A DNA stretch of 64,000 nucleotides from Alphaproteobacteria bacterium (lineage in GTDB: Bacteria; Pseudomonadota; Alphaproteobacteria; UBA828): positions 320,001 through 384,000 of the forward strand of contig CBDCQT010000013.1 of the NCBI GenBank assembly GCA_965220745.1. The letters are read 5' to 3'. Positions 48,281-58,005 of the stretch are shown in pieces. Numbering within the stretch: the first letter of the stretch is position 1; the number at the start of each line of letters is the position of its first letter. The notes under the pieces are model-generated. The model ran no database searches. It was not told where the DNA came from and saw nothing but the letters and a program-made list of their open reading frames with translations. The position numbers were made by a program, and so were the translations under genes.

Positions 48281-49483
48281 TCAGGCAGCGCCGTTGGCTT
48301 CCGCCGCCTCCGTCATCTTCCGTGCCACCCAGCGATAGAAGCAGTGGGTGGTGCGCTCCAGGGCGGGGGAGAGCACGCCGCCCTTGTAGGCCGGTGAGGC
48401 GCGGCCGCGCTGCATGCCTTCCACGACAAAGCGGTCTTCTAGGAAAATGCCGCGCCACAGGTCCTTGTTGGCCGCTCGCAGCTCGGCGCAGCCCTCGCCC
48501 ATGGCCTCGTCGGAAAAGTAATAGAGGTCGACGTGCTCGATGGTGCGCCCGGTGCCCGCCGGCATCAGCGTGCCGACGAAGCAGTGGTCGGCATGGACGC
48601 CGAACACCGCAGTCGGAAACAGCGCGACGTATTCGGCCGTCCCGTGCCAGCGCTCCGGTAATCCCGGCATGGTCGGCAAGCCGTTTCCGTTTTCCACGAG
48701 CTGCGGCTGGTAGGCGGTGCTGCCCTGCCCGGCGTAGCCGTCCTCCTCCTCAGTAATCTGGTAGTGATCTTCGAGTCGTGAATAGCTGTTGAGGCTCGGG
48801 TGGATCCACGGCAGGTGGTAGGCCTCGCAGAAGTTCTCCACCGCGAGCTTCCAGTTGCAGGCGACGTCCAGGGTGAAGGAGGAATCGCGCGCTTCGTGGT
48901 GCAGATCGGCGTCGTCGAAGTCTTTCCAGCGCTCGGCCACCGGCGCGATGAAGCTCTCGAACGGCGGCGCATCGCCACTCAGGTTGACGAAAATGGCGTC
49001 GAACCACGTGGCCGTCCGCACCGGCTTGAGCCCGTGCTTGGCCCACTCGAAGCCCTCGCAGGTGTTCTTGTCGGTACCGCCGATCATCGGCGTGGAGCGA
49101 AGCGAGCCGTCCAGATCGTAGGTCCAGGAATGGTAGGGACAGCGGATCGCGCTGCGCCTCCGCGCGGGCTCTTCCAGCAGCACCATGCCCCGGTGACTGC
49201 ACACGTTGTGGAAGACGCGAACTTCGTTGTCGCGCCCGCGCACCATGATGAGAGGCAGGCCGGCAAATTCGAGTGGCACCGCATCGCCTGCGTCGGGCGC
49301 GCGCCTGCCAGTGCCGATGCAGGCCCACGTGCGGGCCAGCAGCACGTCCTGCTCCCAATCGGCGAACTCGTCCGAGACGTAGGCCTCGTTCGGCAGTCCG
49401 CTCGCCCACTCCTCGATGGGTCGCACCACGTTCGCGAGAGTGGTGCTCACGCCCGTGCTGCTTTCCCACCAATGGTTTGTCAT
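48281..49483 (-). CDS. Rieske non-heme iron oxygenase alpha subunit, choline monooxygenase/betaine demethylase-like
   Basis: GLPN.AY, NVCSHRG...CPYHSW, NWKL..ENFCEAYHLPWIHP.L, ED..V.EGMQRGR.SP; no beta subunit alongside. Confidence 0.88.
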   Translation of the reverse strand: MTNHWWESSTGVSTTLANVVRPIEEWASGLPNEAYVSDEFADWEQDVLLARTWACIGTGRRAPDAGDAVPLEFAGLPLIMVRGRDNEVRVFHNVCSHRGMVLLEEPARRRSAIRCPYHSWTYDLDGSLRSTPMIGGTDKNTCEGFEWAKHGLKPVRTATWFDAIFVNLSGDAPPFESFIAPVAERWKDFDDADLHHEARDSSFTLDVACNWKLAVENFCEAYHLPWIHPSLNSYSRLEDHYQITEEEDGYAGQGSTAYQPQLVENGNGLPTMPGLPERWHGTAEYVALFPTAVFGVHADHCFVGTLMPAGTGRTIEHVDLYYFSDEAMGEGCAELRAANKDLWRGIFLEDRFVVEGMQRGRASPAYKGGVLSPALERTTHCFYRWVARKMTEAAEANGAA

Positions 49484-49698
49484 CGCCGCGTTCTCCACGT
49501 GTGCCGGGGGCCGCGTCCACCCTGCAACTCAAGCTATCGCGGCGCGGGCCATCACGACTACTGCGAATCCGCATCAATTTGTCGCGATTGCGACGCTGGC
49601 GGGCGCCCTCTAACTGGGCAATGCAAGCGCTGAATGCGGTCCACCGACTGGCAATCGAGGAGCGACCTGCCGCGACACGCAGTTCGGCCTCGAATGCG

Positions 49699-49970
49699 CT
49701 AGCCCGCATTTCTCATCAGGGTCACGGCCTGCGTCGCGCCTAGGCGTTCGATCCGCCAGGAGCGGACCGAAAAGCGTATCAGGGAATACGGTTGAGGCCC
49801 GCGACGACGCGGGCGGGCGCCCGGGCACGACCCGAAGGGCGGCGCTGTCCGGCCGGCAGGGTGCGTCACGGCCCTTGCCCGATGTCCCCGCATCGCGCTG
49901 CGCGCCGTTCCTACCCTGTCGGCCGGACAGCGCCGCGCAGACCATGACCGTGGTGAGAAATGCGGGCTAG
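49699..49970 (+). mobile_element. Non-autonomous palindromic element (MITE/RPE-like), copy 2
   Basis: CTAG ends; 26-bp terminal inverted repeat; 23-bp internal stem 49839-61/49914-36; ~86% identical to copy 1 by hand alignment. Confidence 0.8.
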
Positions 49971-50046
49971 AGACAGGCCCGAGCATCAATTAGCATTTGA
50001 GGCTAACTACGCTGCGTGAAACAGAATGGCAAACTGGGAGGAAGAC

Positions 50047-51339
50047 ATGAACAGCGGAAACATCTTCAGGAACTTCAGTTCTTCGCGCCGGCAGTTCCTC
50101 AAGCAGTCGGCGGCGCTGGCTGCGGCGGTCGGCGTGGCGCCGGCGGCGCTTAGCGCAGGAGGGGGCAGCGCAAATGCCGCATCGACCGGCGCTGACTATG
50201 CCAACGAGCTTTGGGAAAAGACCAAGGCCGATCTCGCCGGCATGAGCGATATCCGCATGGACCTCAACCTGCACTCGTGGGAGGGTTACACCGAAGAGCC
50301 GGTGCTCGACCCCTTCAGCCGCCAGACCGGAGCGAACGTAAACCCGCAGATGCTGATCTCGGACCCCGCAGCCGTGAACAACCTGCGCGGCGGCGGCACC
50401 TCGACCTGGGACGTGATCAACCTCAACAACTCCTGGCAGCGCAATCAGCTGTTCCCCGAGGGTCTGATCACGCCGCTCGACAAGGACAAGTTCGCGCCGC
50501 TCTATGACATGAACGTGACGGGTTTCGAGTGGCCCTATCATTGGGCGCTCGACGACAGCGGCGAGCACCTGCTCGGCATGCTCCAGCGCTATGGCCCCGC
50601 GGGCCTGGCGGTCAGTACCGACGCCGTCGATCCGCAGACGATGGAGAGCGGCGGTTACATGGAGATGATCGAGGGCGCCAAGGGCCAGTACGGTATCCTC
50701 GACTACGAGAACTGGGTGATCATGCACACCTGCATCGCGTCGGGTTTCATCCCCTTCCGCGAGCACACCGCCGACGAAATGGCCGCCTTCGAGGAGAACA
50801 TCTTCAAGCTCTTCGAGAACGCCAAGAAGGTCTCGGACGACCAGGCGGCGCTGGCCCGCGACATGATCACCGGCGAGATCATCGGGACCTACCCCGGCTC
50901 GGTCTACACCGTCTCGGCCGCCAGGCTCGAGGGCGAGACTCAGCTCGTGAACGTCGTGCCCGCGGAAGGTCCAGAGGAAACCAAGACCGCCGAACGGCCA
51001 AACGGCCAGGGCGGCATCGTCTGGATCGAGATCACCTCGCTCGTCAACAACCCCAACCCGACGCCGCTGGCCGAAGCGTTCCTGATTTACTGTCATACGC
51101 CCGAGGCCGCCTACAAGGTGGCCGCCAAGGCGCCAGGTACGCTGAATCCGGTGGTGCAAATGGGTGCGCCAGAGGTGTTGAGCCAGTTCTCTCAGGACGA
51201 GCTAGAGGCCGTGCATTGGGGCGAGGAGGGCAGCTGGCTGGCCTCGCTGGTCGATCGCTGCATCGACTTCGACATCAACCCCGACTACGACGCAATGCAC
51301 GACCTCTACACCCAGGCGAAACGCGCGCGCGGCGCCTGA
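50047..51339 (+). CDS. PotD/PotF-like ABC substrate-binding protein, Tat-exported
   Basis: SRRQFLK, LNL.SWEGY, G.I.PLD, P...AEAFL.Y; ATG at 50047 follows GGAGG (alternative start 50026). Confidence 0.85.
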   Translation: MNSGNIFRNFSSSRRQFLKQSAALAAAVGVAPAALSAGGGSANAASTGADYANELWEKTKADLAGMSDIRMDLNLHSWEGYTEEPVLDPFSRQTGANVNPQMLISDPAAVNNLRGGGTSTWDVINLNNSWQRNQLFPEGLITPLDKDKFAPLYDMNVTGFEWPYHWALDDSGEHLLGMLQRYGPAGLAVSTDAVDPQTMESGGYMEMIEGAKGQYGILDYENWVIMHTCIASGFIPFREHTADEMAAFEENIFKLFENAKKVSDDQAALARDMITGEIIGTYPGSVYTVSAARLEGETQLVNVVPAEGPEETKTAERPNGQGGIVWIEITSLVNNPNPTPLAEAFLIYCHTPEAAYKVAAKAPGTLNPVVQMGAPEVLSQFSQDELEAVHWGEEGSWLASLVDRCIDFDINPDYDAMHDLYTQAKRARGA

Positions 51340-51409
51340 TCGCTACCTGTCGGTACGGGCGGTCCGCCGCCCGCACCGGCACCCGTGCATACCTGGAGCC
51401 CAGTGCGCG

Positions 51410-52486
51410 ATGGCCGCAGCCCCGCCCATCTTGCAACTCAGGAACATCGTCAAGAGCTTCGGCAGCCTGAATGCGGTCGATGGCGTGAGCCTCGACATCG
51501 TGGAGGGCGAGCTCTTCACCATCGTCGGCCCCTCGGGTTCCGGCAAGACGACGCTCATCCGCATGTTGGTGGGCATGGACAAGCCGACCGCCGGCGACAT
51601 TCTGCTCAGGGGCAAGCGGATCAACGACGTGCCCGCCAACAAGCGCCCGACCTGCATGGTATTCCAGTCGCTGGCGCTGTTCCCGCACATGAGCGTCGGC
51701 GAGAACGTCGAGTATTCGGCCAAGTGCAAGGGCATCGGGAGGAAGGAGCGGCGGGAGCGTGCCGCCGAGTGCCTGAAGCTCTCCCACCTGCCACAGAGCT
51801 ACTACGACAAGCCGGTCACGCAGTGCTCGGGCGGCGAGCGACAGCGGGTCGCGTTGGCCCGCGCGCTGGCCTTCAATCCCGAGATCCTGTTCTTCGACGA
51901 GCCGCTGTCCGCAATCGATTACCGCCTCCGCAAGACGCTGGAGAAGGAGCTCAAGGACATCCAGCGCGAGACGGGAAAGACCTTCGTCTACATCACCCAC
52001 AGCCTGGAGGAGGCGATGGTGATGTCCGACCGCATCGGCGTCATGCGCGAAGGCAAGCTCTCCCAGGTCGGCAGCCCGGCGACGATCTACACCCAGCCGG
52101 AGAACCGCTTCGTCACCGAGTTCATGGGCGAGGTGAACTCGCTCCCCGTGCAGCTTGCCGATGACGGGAGGCTCCACTGCGAGGCGCTCGACGCCAGCTT
52201 CGAGCCGCCCGCCGGAATGCCGCCGGGCTTCAGCCGCGGCGTGCTGATCGTACGGCCGGAGAACGTCGCGATCTCGGACGACCCTGAGCCGGCGGCGGGT
52301 GGGAACCTGATTCGGGGCGAGCTCTTCAACGAGTATCTGCTTGGCTCCCGCATCCAGTACCAGGTGAGAAGCGGCGCGATGGTCTTCCTCATCGAGGAAC
52401 TGCGCGCCGATGCCGTCGCTCGCATTCCGGGTGCCGAGGTGACGCTTTCGTGGCAGCCGGGCGATTCGATGGTCTTCCCGGAATGA
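51410..52486 (+). CDS. PotA-like ABC ATPase
   Basis: GPSGSGKT, VFQSLALFPHM, SGGERQR, DEPLSA.D, YITH. Confidence 0.92.
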   Translation: MAAAPPILQLRNIVKSFGSLNAVDGVSLDIVEGELFTIVGPSGSGKTTLIRMLVGMDKPTAGDILLRGKRINDVPANKRPTCMVFQSLALFPHMSVGENVEYSAKCKGIGRKERRERAAECLKLSHLPQSYYDKPVTQCSGGERQRVALARALAFNPEILFFDEPLSAIDYRLRKTLEKELKDIQRETGKTFVYITHSLEEAMVMSDRIGVMREGKLSQVGSPATIYTQPENRFVTEFMGEVNSLPVQLADDGRLHCEALDASFEPPAGMPPGFSRGVLIVRPENVAISDDPEPAAGGNLIRGELFNEYLLGSRIQYQVRSGAMVFLIEELRADAVARIPGAEVTLSWQPGDSMVFPE

Positions 52487-53391
52487 CCGAGGCGGCGATC
52501 GAGACCCTGGCGGAAGACCCGGAGCGCCCGCGGCGAAAGCTGCTGCCGTGGAAGGTGTCCGAAGGCTTCGTCGCGGCGCTGCCGATCATCATCCTCCTGT
52601 TCATCGGCTTCATCGGCCCGATGGCGCTGGTGCTGATCTACAGCTTCATGCCGCGCGGCAGCTTCTCCATCCCGGGTTCGCCGTCGCTGGAAAACTACGT
52701 CGATATCGTCGAGCAGGACTTCTATATCTCCTTCGCTTGGTCGCTCTTCCTCGCCTTCATCAGCGTCGTGATCTTGCTCATCGTCTGCTATCCGCTGGCG
52801 GTGGCGCTCAGACGGATCAAAGGGCGCCGGGCCCACCTGCTGACTTTGCTGATCGTGGCGCCGCTCTTCGTCGCCGAGAACATCCGGCTGCAAGGCTGGG
52901 TGCTCTTCTTCGACAAGGGCGGCTTCCTCGACGGTGCGCTGAAGGTGGTGACCGGGCTGGAGACCGGGAGCCTGGTCAACAACGTGCCGGCCATCGTCTT
53001 TGGCATTTGCTACATCTACCTGCCGTTCATGCTATTCCCGATCCTGCTGGGGCTCGGCAACGTGCCCAGGGAGGCGCGCGAAGCGGCCTACGACCTGGGC
53101 GGCTCGCGCTGGCGGGTTTTTCGGGACATCGAGCTGCCGCTTGCGATGCCGGGAATCCTGATTGGCTCGCTGCTCTGCTTCGTGATCTCGCTCGGCGCCT
53201 TCAACGAGGCCAAGTTCCTCGGCAAGGGCGTGATCGTCACCGTCGCGCAGGACATCGAGTCCGCCTTCACCTTTGGGCAGAACTGGCCGCGCGGCTCCGC
53301 GCTCTCGGTGCTGATGATCGTGCTGGCGGGGTCCGCCGTGTGGCTCGCGATGCGACGGGTGAACCTCGATCGAATGCTGGGAAGACGCTAG
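52483..53391 (+). CDS. PotB-like ABC permease
   Basis: YP.A, YIYLPFM..P, EAAYDLG, LPL.MPG, NWP.GSA; ATGA overlap with the upstream stop. Confidence 0.9.
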   Translation: MTEAAIETLAEDPERPRRKLLPWKVSEGFVAALPIIILLFIGFIGPMALVLIYSFMPRGSFSIPGSPSLENYVDIVEQDFYISFAWSLFLAFISVVILLIVCYPLAVALRRIKGRRAHLLTLLIVAPLFVAENIRLQGWVLFFDKGGFLDGALKVVTGLETGSLVNNVPAIVFGICYIYLPFMLFPILLGLGNVPREAREAAYDLGGSRWRVFRDIELPLAMPGILIGSLLCFVISLGAFNEAKFLGKGVIVTVAQDIESAFTFGQNWPRGSALSVLMIVLAGSAVWLAMRRVNLDRMLGRR

Positions 53392-53394
53392 GCC

Positions 53395-54192
53395 GTGGGC
53401 ACCATCGACAGGCTGCTCACCCGCCGACTGCTGGCCGCTTACATCGCCGTCATCCTGGTGATCATGTACATCCCGATGGTGATCGTCGGGCTGGCGTCGA
53501 TCTCCAAGTCGCGCTTCTTCCTGTTCCCGATGAAGCGAACCTCGTCGAAATGGTACGAGATGACGTGGGACTCGCTGCAGGTGCACGAGAGCTTCCTCAC
53601 GTCGCTGACGATCGCCGTCTGTGTGGCACTGATCTCGGTGATCCTGGCCTTCTTCGGCGCGCTTGCCTATGCCCGCTACGACTGGCGCGGGCGCAAACTC
53701 TTCCAGCAAGTGCTGCTGATCCCGATCTTCTTCCCCCAGGCGGTACTGGGGCTTGCGCTGCAGCTCTGGTTCAATTCCATCGGCATCCAGATGTCCTGGC
53801 AGTCGACGGTGTTTGCCCAGCTCGTCTGGATCGTGCCGATTGTGACGCTGGTGATCGCGATTCAGGCCTACGGCTACGATTCGGCGGTGGAGGAGGCGGC
53901 CTACGACCTCGGCGCCTCCCGCTGGCAGATTTTCCGAACCATCACGTTGCCCTTGCTCGGACCCGGCATCTTCGCCGGGTTCTTGTTCGCGGTGCTGCTC
54001 TCGTGGGGTAACTTCCCGCTCGCCTATTTCACCAGCGGGGCCGATGTCACTGTGCCCGAATGGCTCTACGGCAAGATGATCGGCGGCTATACGCCCATGG
54101 TGCCGGCGGTCGGGCTGATCACGGTGGTGCTGGGCGGAATCATTCTCGCGGTCGGGCTCACCATCAACGGGATGCTTCAGCGGCGCGACTGA
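53395..54192 (+). CDS. PotC-like ABC permease
   Basis: MYIP, S.KWY, EEAAYDLGAS..Q.F.TITLP, LSW; overlaps the convergent gene by 29 bp. Confidence 0.9.
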   Translation: MGTIDRLLTRRLLAAYIAVILVIMYIPMVIVGLASISKSRFFLFPMKRTSSKWYEMTWDSLQVHESFLTSLTIAVCVALISVILAFFGALAYARYDWRGRKLFQQVLLIPIFFPQAVLGLALQLWFNSIGIQMSWQSTVFAQLVWIVPIVTLVIAIQAYGYDSAVEEAAYDLGASRWQIFRTITLPLLGPGIFAGFLFAVLLSWGNFPLAYFTSGADVTVPEWLYGKMIGGYTPMVPAVGLITVVLGGIILAVGLTINGMLQRRD

Positions 54193-55321
54193 CCGCGAAT
54201 TCCGCGACTGCATCGGGATTCAACGTCACGCCGAGGCCGGGGCCGGTCGGGACCGGGATCATTCCGTCGGCGTCGATCGGCGCGAGACCCCGCACCAGGT
54301 CCTGCCGCAGGCGCGACGGGCTCGTCGAATACTCGACAAGTTCGGGCTCCGACTGCGCGGCCAGGAATTGCAGATTGGCCGCGATGGTGATGTCGGTGTT
54401 GTAGGCGTGGGGCACGATGCGCCGGCCGGTGCCGTCCAGCATCTGCGCGAGCCGCAGCGCCTCGGTGAAGCCGCCGAAGTTAGTGAGATCCGGCTGCGCG
54501 ATGTCGAAAGCGCCGGCCGCGAGGAAGGGCTTGAACTCCCTGCAAGTGGTGAGGCCCAGGTCGCCGACACCGATGGGGATGTGCGTGGCGGCGCGGAGCT
54601 GCGCGTGGTCCTCTACATTGTCGAGGGGGAAGGGCGCCTCGATCCAGGCGAAGTCCAGCGCGGCCAGCAGGTCGAGGAAGGGTTCAAGCTGCTCGAATCG
54701 GGTGTACTCCTGTGCGACATCGAGCATCAGACCGCGCTGCGGTCCCGCCAGGTCGCGCAGGTGAGTCAGGTTTCGCCGCACCCGGTCCGGCTCGTTCCAC
54801 CATGGCTCGACGCAGATCTTGAGGTGGCGGAAGCCCCGTTCCAGCAGCGGCACGACTTGCGCATCGATGCGCGCGGGCGTGTCTTCGAGGGGATAGATGG
54901 TCGCGTAGGCGGGGAGGCGGTCGTGACGAGAGCCGCCCAGCGCCTCGGAGACGGGGACATCTTTCGATTGTGCGGAGAGGTCCCAGATGGCGATATCGAG
55001 CGCGCTGATCGCATGCATCGCCGCGCCGCGCCGGCCGTGCCACTGCGTGCGCGCGTACATTTCGTCCCAGAGGCGGCTTGGGTCGTTCACCCACTGCCCG
55101 GTGACGATGTCGGCCAGCCCCTCGGACCGCTGGTTGTAGGACGGCATCTCGATCAGGGCCTTCACGAGTTCGGGCGGCGCGTCGCTCTCGCCGATGCCTA
55201 CGAGCCCGTTATCGCCATGAACGAGGACGACGACGTTCCGATAGCTGCCCTCGAAGCGGTAGTAGTCGGCTTGCGGGTCCTGCAGGCAGAGGACCTCCAC
55301 CCGTTCGATCGTCACGGTCAT
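54164..55321 (-). CDS. Mandelate racemase/muconate lactonizing enzyme (enolase superfamily)
   Basis: G.VGIGE, AISALDIAIWDL, LMLD, WIEAP, QPD....GGFTE, VPH, P.GPGLG. Confidence 0.88.
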   Translation of the reverse strand: MTVTIERVEVLCLQDPQADYYRFEGSYRNVVVLVHGDNGLVGIGESDAPPELVKALIEMPSYNQRSEGLADIVTGQWVNDPSRLWDEMYARTQWHGRRGAAMHAISALDIAIWDLSAQSKDVPVSEALGGSRHDRLPAYATIYPLEDTPARIDAQVVPLLERGFRHLKICVEPWWNEPDRVRRNLTHLRDLAGPQRGLMLDVAQEYTRFEQLEPFLDLLAALDFAWIEAPFPLDNVEDHAQLRAATHIPIGVGDLGLTTCREFKPFLAAGAFDIAQPDLTNFGGFTEALRLAQMLDGTGRRIVPHAYNTDITIAANLQFLAAQSEPELVEYSTSPSRLRQDLVRGLAPIDADGMIPVPTGPGLGVTLNPDAVAEFAVSRAAEASR

Positions 55322-56442
55322 GTCGAGAACACGCGCCGGGCGTAGACGAAGGGCTCGATCCGGCCCCAGTCCATCTCAATACCCAGCCCCGGCAGATCGC
55401 TTGGGTGGACGAAGCCGTTCGCGTCCGGGCGGATAACCTGTCGCGCGCCGAACTCGTACTTCTCGAACGGCGCCGCCTGTTCGAAATGGGTGCAGTGCGG
55501 ATGAGCAAGCATGAAGTGCAGGTTCGCCGCTTGCGTGAGCGTGTACCCCCAGCTTTGCACTTCGCACGCCTTGCCGTGAGCGCGCGTGACCTCTGCCACC
55601 TCGCCGGCGCCGGTGAACCCGCCGATACCGGTCACGTCGAAGCGGCTGCGATCCCAGGCACCCATCTCCAACGCGTACCCGATGAGTTGTGGGTGGGGAA
55701 GACTGTTACCGCCGCAGATCACGTCCAATTCGAGCGTATCCGCAAGCTTCCTGTAGCTGCTTAAGTCCGCATCAGGTAGCGGCGCTTCGAAGAACTTCCA
55801 GCCCGACGTGTCCAAGAAACGACCCATACGAAGTGCCTGGTCGAGCGAATACATCCCGTCCACGTCCAGGCTCCAGTCAACCTTCCGCCCCGCGAATTCC
55901 TCGACGAGTGTACTGACCAAACGGATGTCGTCGTCGAACACGCAAAAAGGATGAATCTTAATGGCCCGATAACCGAGCTCCAACATGTCACAGCAATAGT
56001 CTACATAATCTCGATCTGTCGGCAGTAACGGGCTCGACGCGTAGGCGCGAGTATCCTGTCGGGCGGCGCCGAGCATTCGGTATAGCGGCAGATCTTTCGA
56101 TTTGGCCTTGCCGTCATGCAGCGCGATGTCGAAGAGCGATGTCGCCGTATGCCCGAGAGGGACGTAACGCTTTCTCATATCCGCGTAGGCGGCCCTAATG
56201 TCGAACGCATCGCGTCCCAGCACGAACGGCGCCATCAGGGCCGTCGCGTGAAACGTCGCCCTGTCGAACTCGTGCTCGGTATAGGTCGTGGTTCCGGCAA
56301 TGGCCTCCACGCCGTTGGAGAGGAGCAGCCGAGCGACGATTAGCGCTTCGTACATGGGTCCGAGGTGCGATGACCACGTCACCCTTTCGCCATCGGGCCC
56401 GATCGCCAGCAACTCGATCCGTTCGACGATTACAGAGGGCAT
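55318..56442 (-). CDS. Mandelate racemase/muconate lactonizing enzyme (enolase superfamily)
   Basis: FDIALHD.KAK..LPLY.MLG, AYAS, GY.AIKIH, FEAP, GGFT, PGLG.E.DW; ATGA overlap with the downstream gene. Confidence 0.88.
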   Translation of the reverse strand: MPSVIVERIELLAIGPDGERVTWSSHLGPMYEALIVARLLLSNGVEAIAGTTTYTEHEFDRATFHATALMAPFVLGRDAFDIRAAYADMRKRYVPLGHTATSLFDIALHDGKAKSKDLPLYRMLGAARQDTRAYASSPLLPTDRDYVDYCCDMLELGYRAIKIHPFCVFDDDIRLVSTLVEEFAGRKVDWSLDVDGMYSLDQALRMGRFLDTSGWKFFEAPLPDADLSSYRKLADTLELDVICGGNSLPHPQLIGYALEMGAWDRSRFDVTGIGGFTGAGEVAEVTRAHGKACEVQSWGYTLTQAANLHFMLAHPHCTHFEQAAPFEKYEFGARQVIRPDANGFVHPSDLPGLGIEMDWGRIEPFVYARRVFST

Positions 56443-56506
56443 TTCTGCTGTCTCATCAGATGAAAAAATATGTGTAAACTAGTTCATATAAATCATATTC
56501 TGTCAC
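56443..56506 (-). promoter_or_regulatory. AT-rich internal promoter/operator region
   Basis: Very AT-rich 64-bp spacer with TCATC-A-GATGA (56453-63) and AACTAGTT (56477-84) palindromes. Confidence 0.5.
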
Positions 56507-57847
56507 TTATGCGAACGTTCCGGCCTTCATCCTCTCGGAGACCGCGACACCATCGATCTCCTGGAACGTCAGGTCGTCCCGGATGGACATGTCGGCGGCG
56601 ACTGCGGCTGCGCGGCCGTACTCGAAGCACTGTGCCGTGACTCGACAGCTCGCCAGCGCCTCATGCTCGGCGCTGAGGCAACGGCCGGCGACGATGACGT
56701 TACGGCCTTCCTTGGGCACCAGGATGCCGAACGGCACCTCGTAGTAGTCGTCGACCAGCCATTCCGTCTTCGGCTTGGCGCCGTAGTGAAGCTCGATGGG
56801 CCAGCTCGAGCGAGCGATGGCGTCGGCCCTCTTGCTCGTGCCCACCACATCGCTGTTCATGAGGCGCGCCATGCCGTCGATGGAGCGGGTCTGACGCACG
56901 CCGACTTCCGCACCGTAATCGATGAAATAGGCGTCTTCGCAGCCGGGAACGTGCTCTTTGAGAAAATCGAAAAAGGCTCGTGCTTGATAGATGGAGAACT
57001 GCTCCGCCTCGGTATGATCCACCGGATCGGTAACATCGAGCGCGCGCCCATCGAAGCCGGTAATCTTGGTCGCGTTGACCAGAACTTCGCGCGGATTGAC
57101 GGTGGGAAACAACCAAACTTTCTTGCGCACGAGTTCGTCGCGCGCTTCCAGCATCGAAATGACCTTGGGCGGCGAAATAGTATCCTCACCCCAATAATCG
57201 AGATAACGCTCGACATCGACGTTGCCGATCTTGAACATCATCGTTGGATTTTGGATGACGCCGTTGTTGCCCTTGGTCGTGTGCAAACCCATCTTGAAGA
57301 CGGCATCGGCATCGCCGCTGGCGTCGATGACCCGCTCGGCGCTCACTCTGGTGTAACCGGACTTGGTGTGGAGGACGAGGCCGGCGAGGGCGTCGTCCTC
57401 GACGATCACGTCGATCATCTGAGTGTGGTAGAGGGCATCCACGCCGGCGCCGCGCACAAGATCGGTGGCCACGCGCTTGTAAGTGGCGCAGTCGTGCGTG
57501 ACGACCCAGGTCTTGCCGTAGATCTGCGGCCGGGTGACGCCGCCCTCGGCCTCGAGCGCCGCGCGAAAACGCTCGGCGAAGCCGAAGATGACCTGCTGGG
57601 GCTGCGCCGTGCGCGGCTCGTCCACCGTCATGTAGAGTCCGCAAACGGTGCCCGACATGCCGGAGACCGCCGCGCCGCCGCAATAGCCCAGGCGCTCGAT
57701 CAGGAGCGTCTTGTGGCCCAGCTCGGCAGCGGTGGTGGACGCGGCGATCCCGGCCGGCCCGCCGCCGACGACCACCACGTCGTAGTGCCCGAAGTGCGGC
57801 ACGTCCTCGAAGGCGGCGGCGCCCAGGCGCCCGAGATACCGTTCCAT
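56507..57847 (-). CDS. FAD-dependent oxidoreductase (FAD_oxidored family)
   Basis: YDVVVVGGGPAG, LIER.G.CGG, IDASGDAD, GVRQTR.I.G, WPIE.H, YEVP...L.P....N..VAGRCLS...EALAS.RV. Confidence 0.88.
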   Translation of the reverse strand: MERYLGRLGAAAFEDVPHFGHYDVVVVGGGPAGIAASTTAAELGHKTLLIERLGYCGGAAVSGMSGTVCGLYMTVDEPRTAQPQQVIFGFAERFRAALEAEGGVTRPQIYGKTWVVTHDCATYKRVATDLVRGAGVDALYHTQMIDVIVEDDALAGLVLHTKSGYTRVSAERVIDASGDADAVFKMGLHTTKGNNGVIQNPTMMFKIGNVDVERYLDYWGEDTISPPKVISMLEARDELVRKKVWLFPTVNPREVLVNATKITGFDGRALDVTDPVDHTEAEQFSIYQARAFFDFLKEHVPGCEDAYFIDYGAEVGVRQTRSIDGMARLMNSDVVGTSKRADAIARSSWPIELHYGAKPKTEWLVDDYYEVPFGILVPKEGRNVIVAGRCLSAEHEALASCRVTAQCFEYGRAAAVAADMSIRDDLTFQEIDGVAVSERMKAGTFA

Positions 57848-58005
57848 GCGTCAGGCTCAGGAGAGGAGGCGGCGCATTTGGCGCACGGTTATCGAAAGTG
57901 CGCAACTGGATTCCAGGGCTCCACTGTCGCTGCCGGAACCCGGCGCGGCTATCCTGCACGCGCCGATAGACGACAGACGCGCGCCTTGTAGTGGAGAGCA
58001 GGAAC

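Noticed and set aside
57881-57903. GCGCAC-N11-GTGCGC dyad in the divergent promoter of the flavoenzymes
   Set aside because: Short GC-rich dyads arise by chance here; cannot assign a regulator
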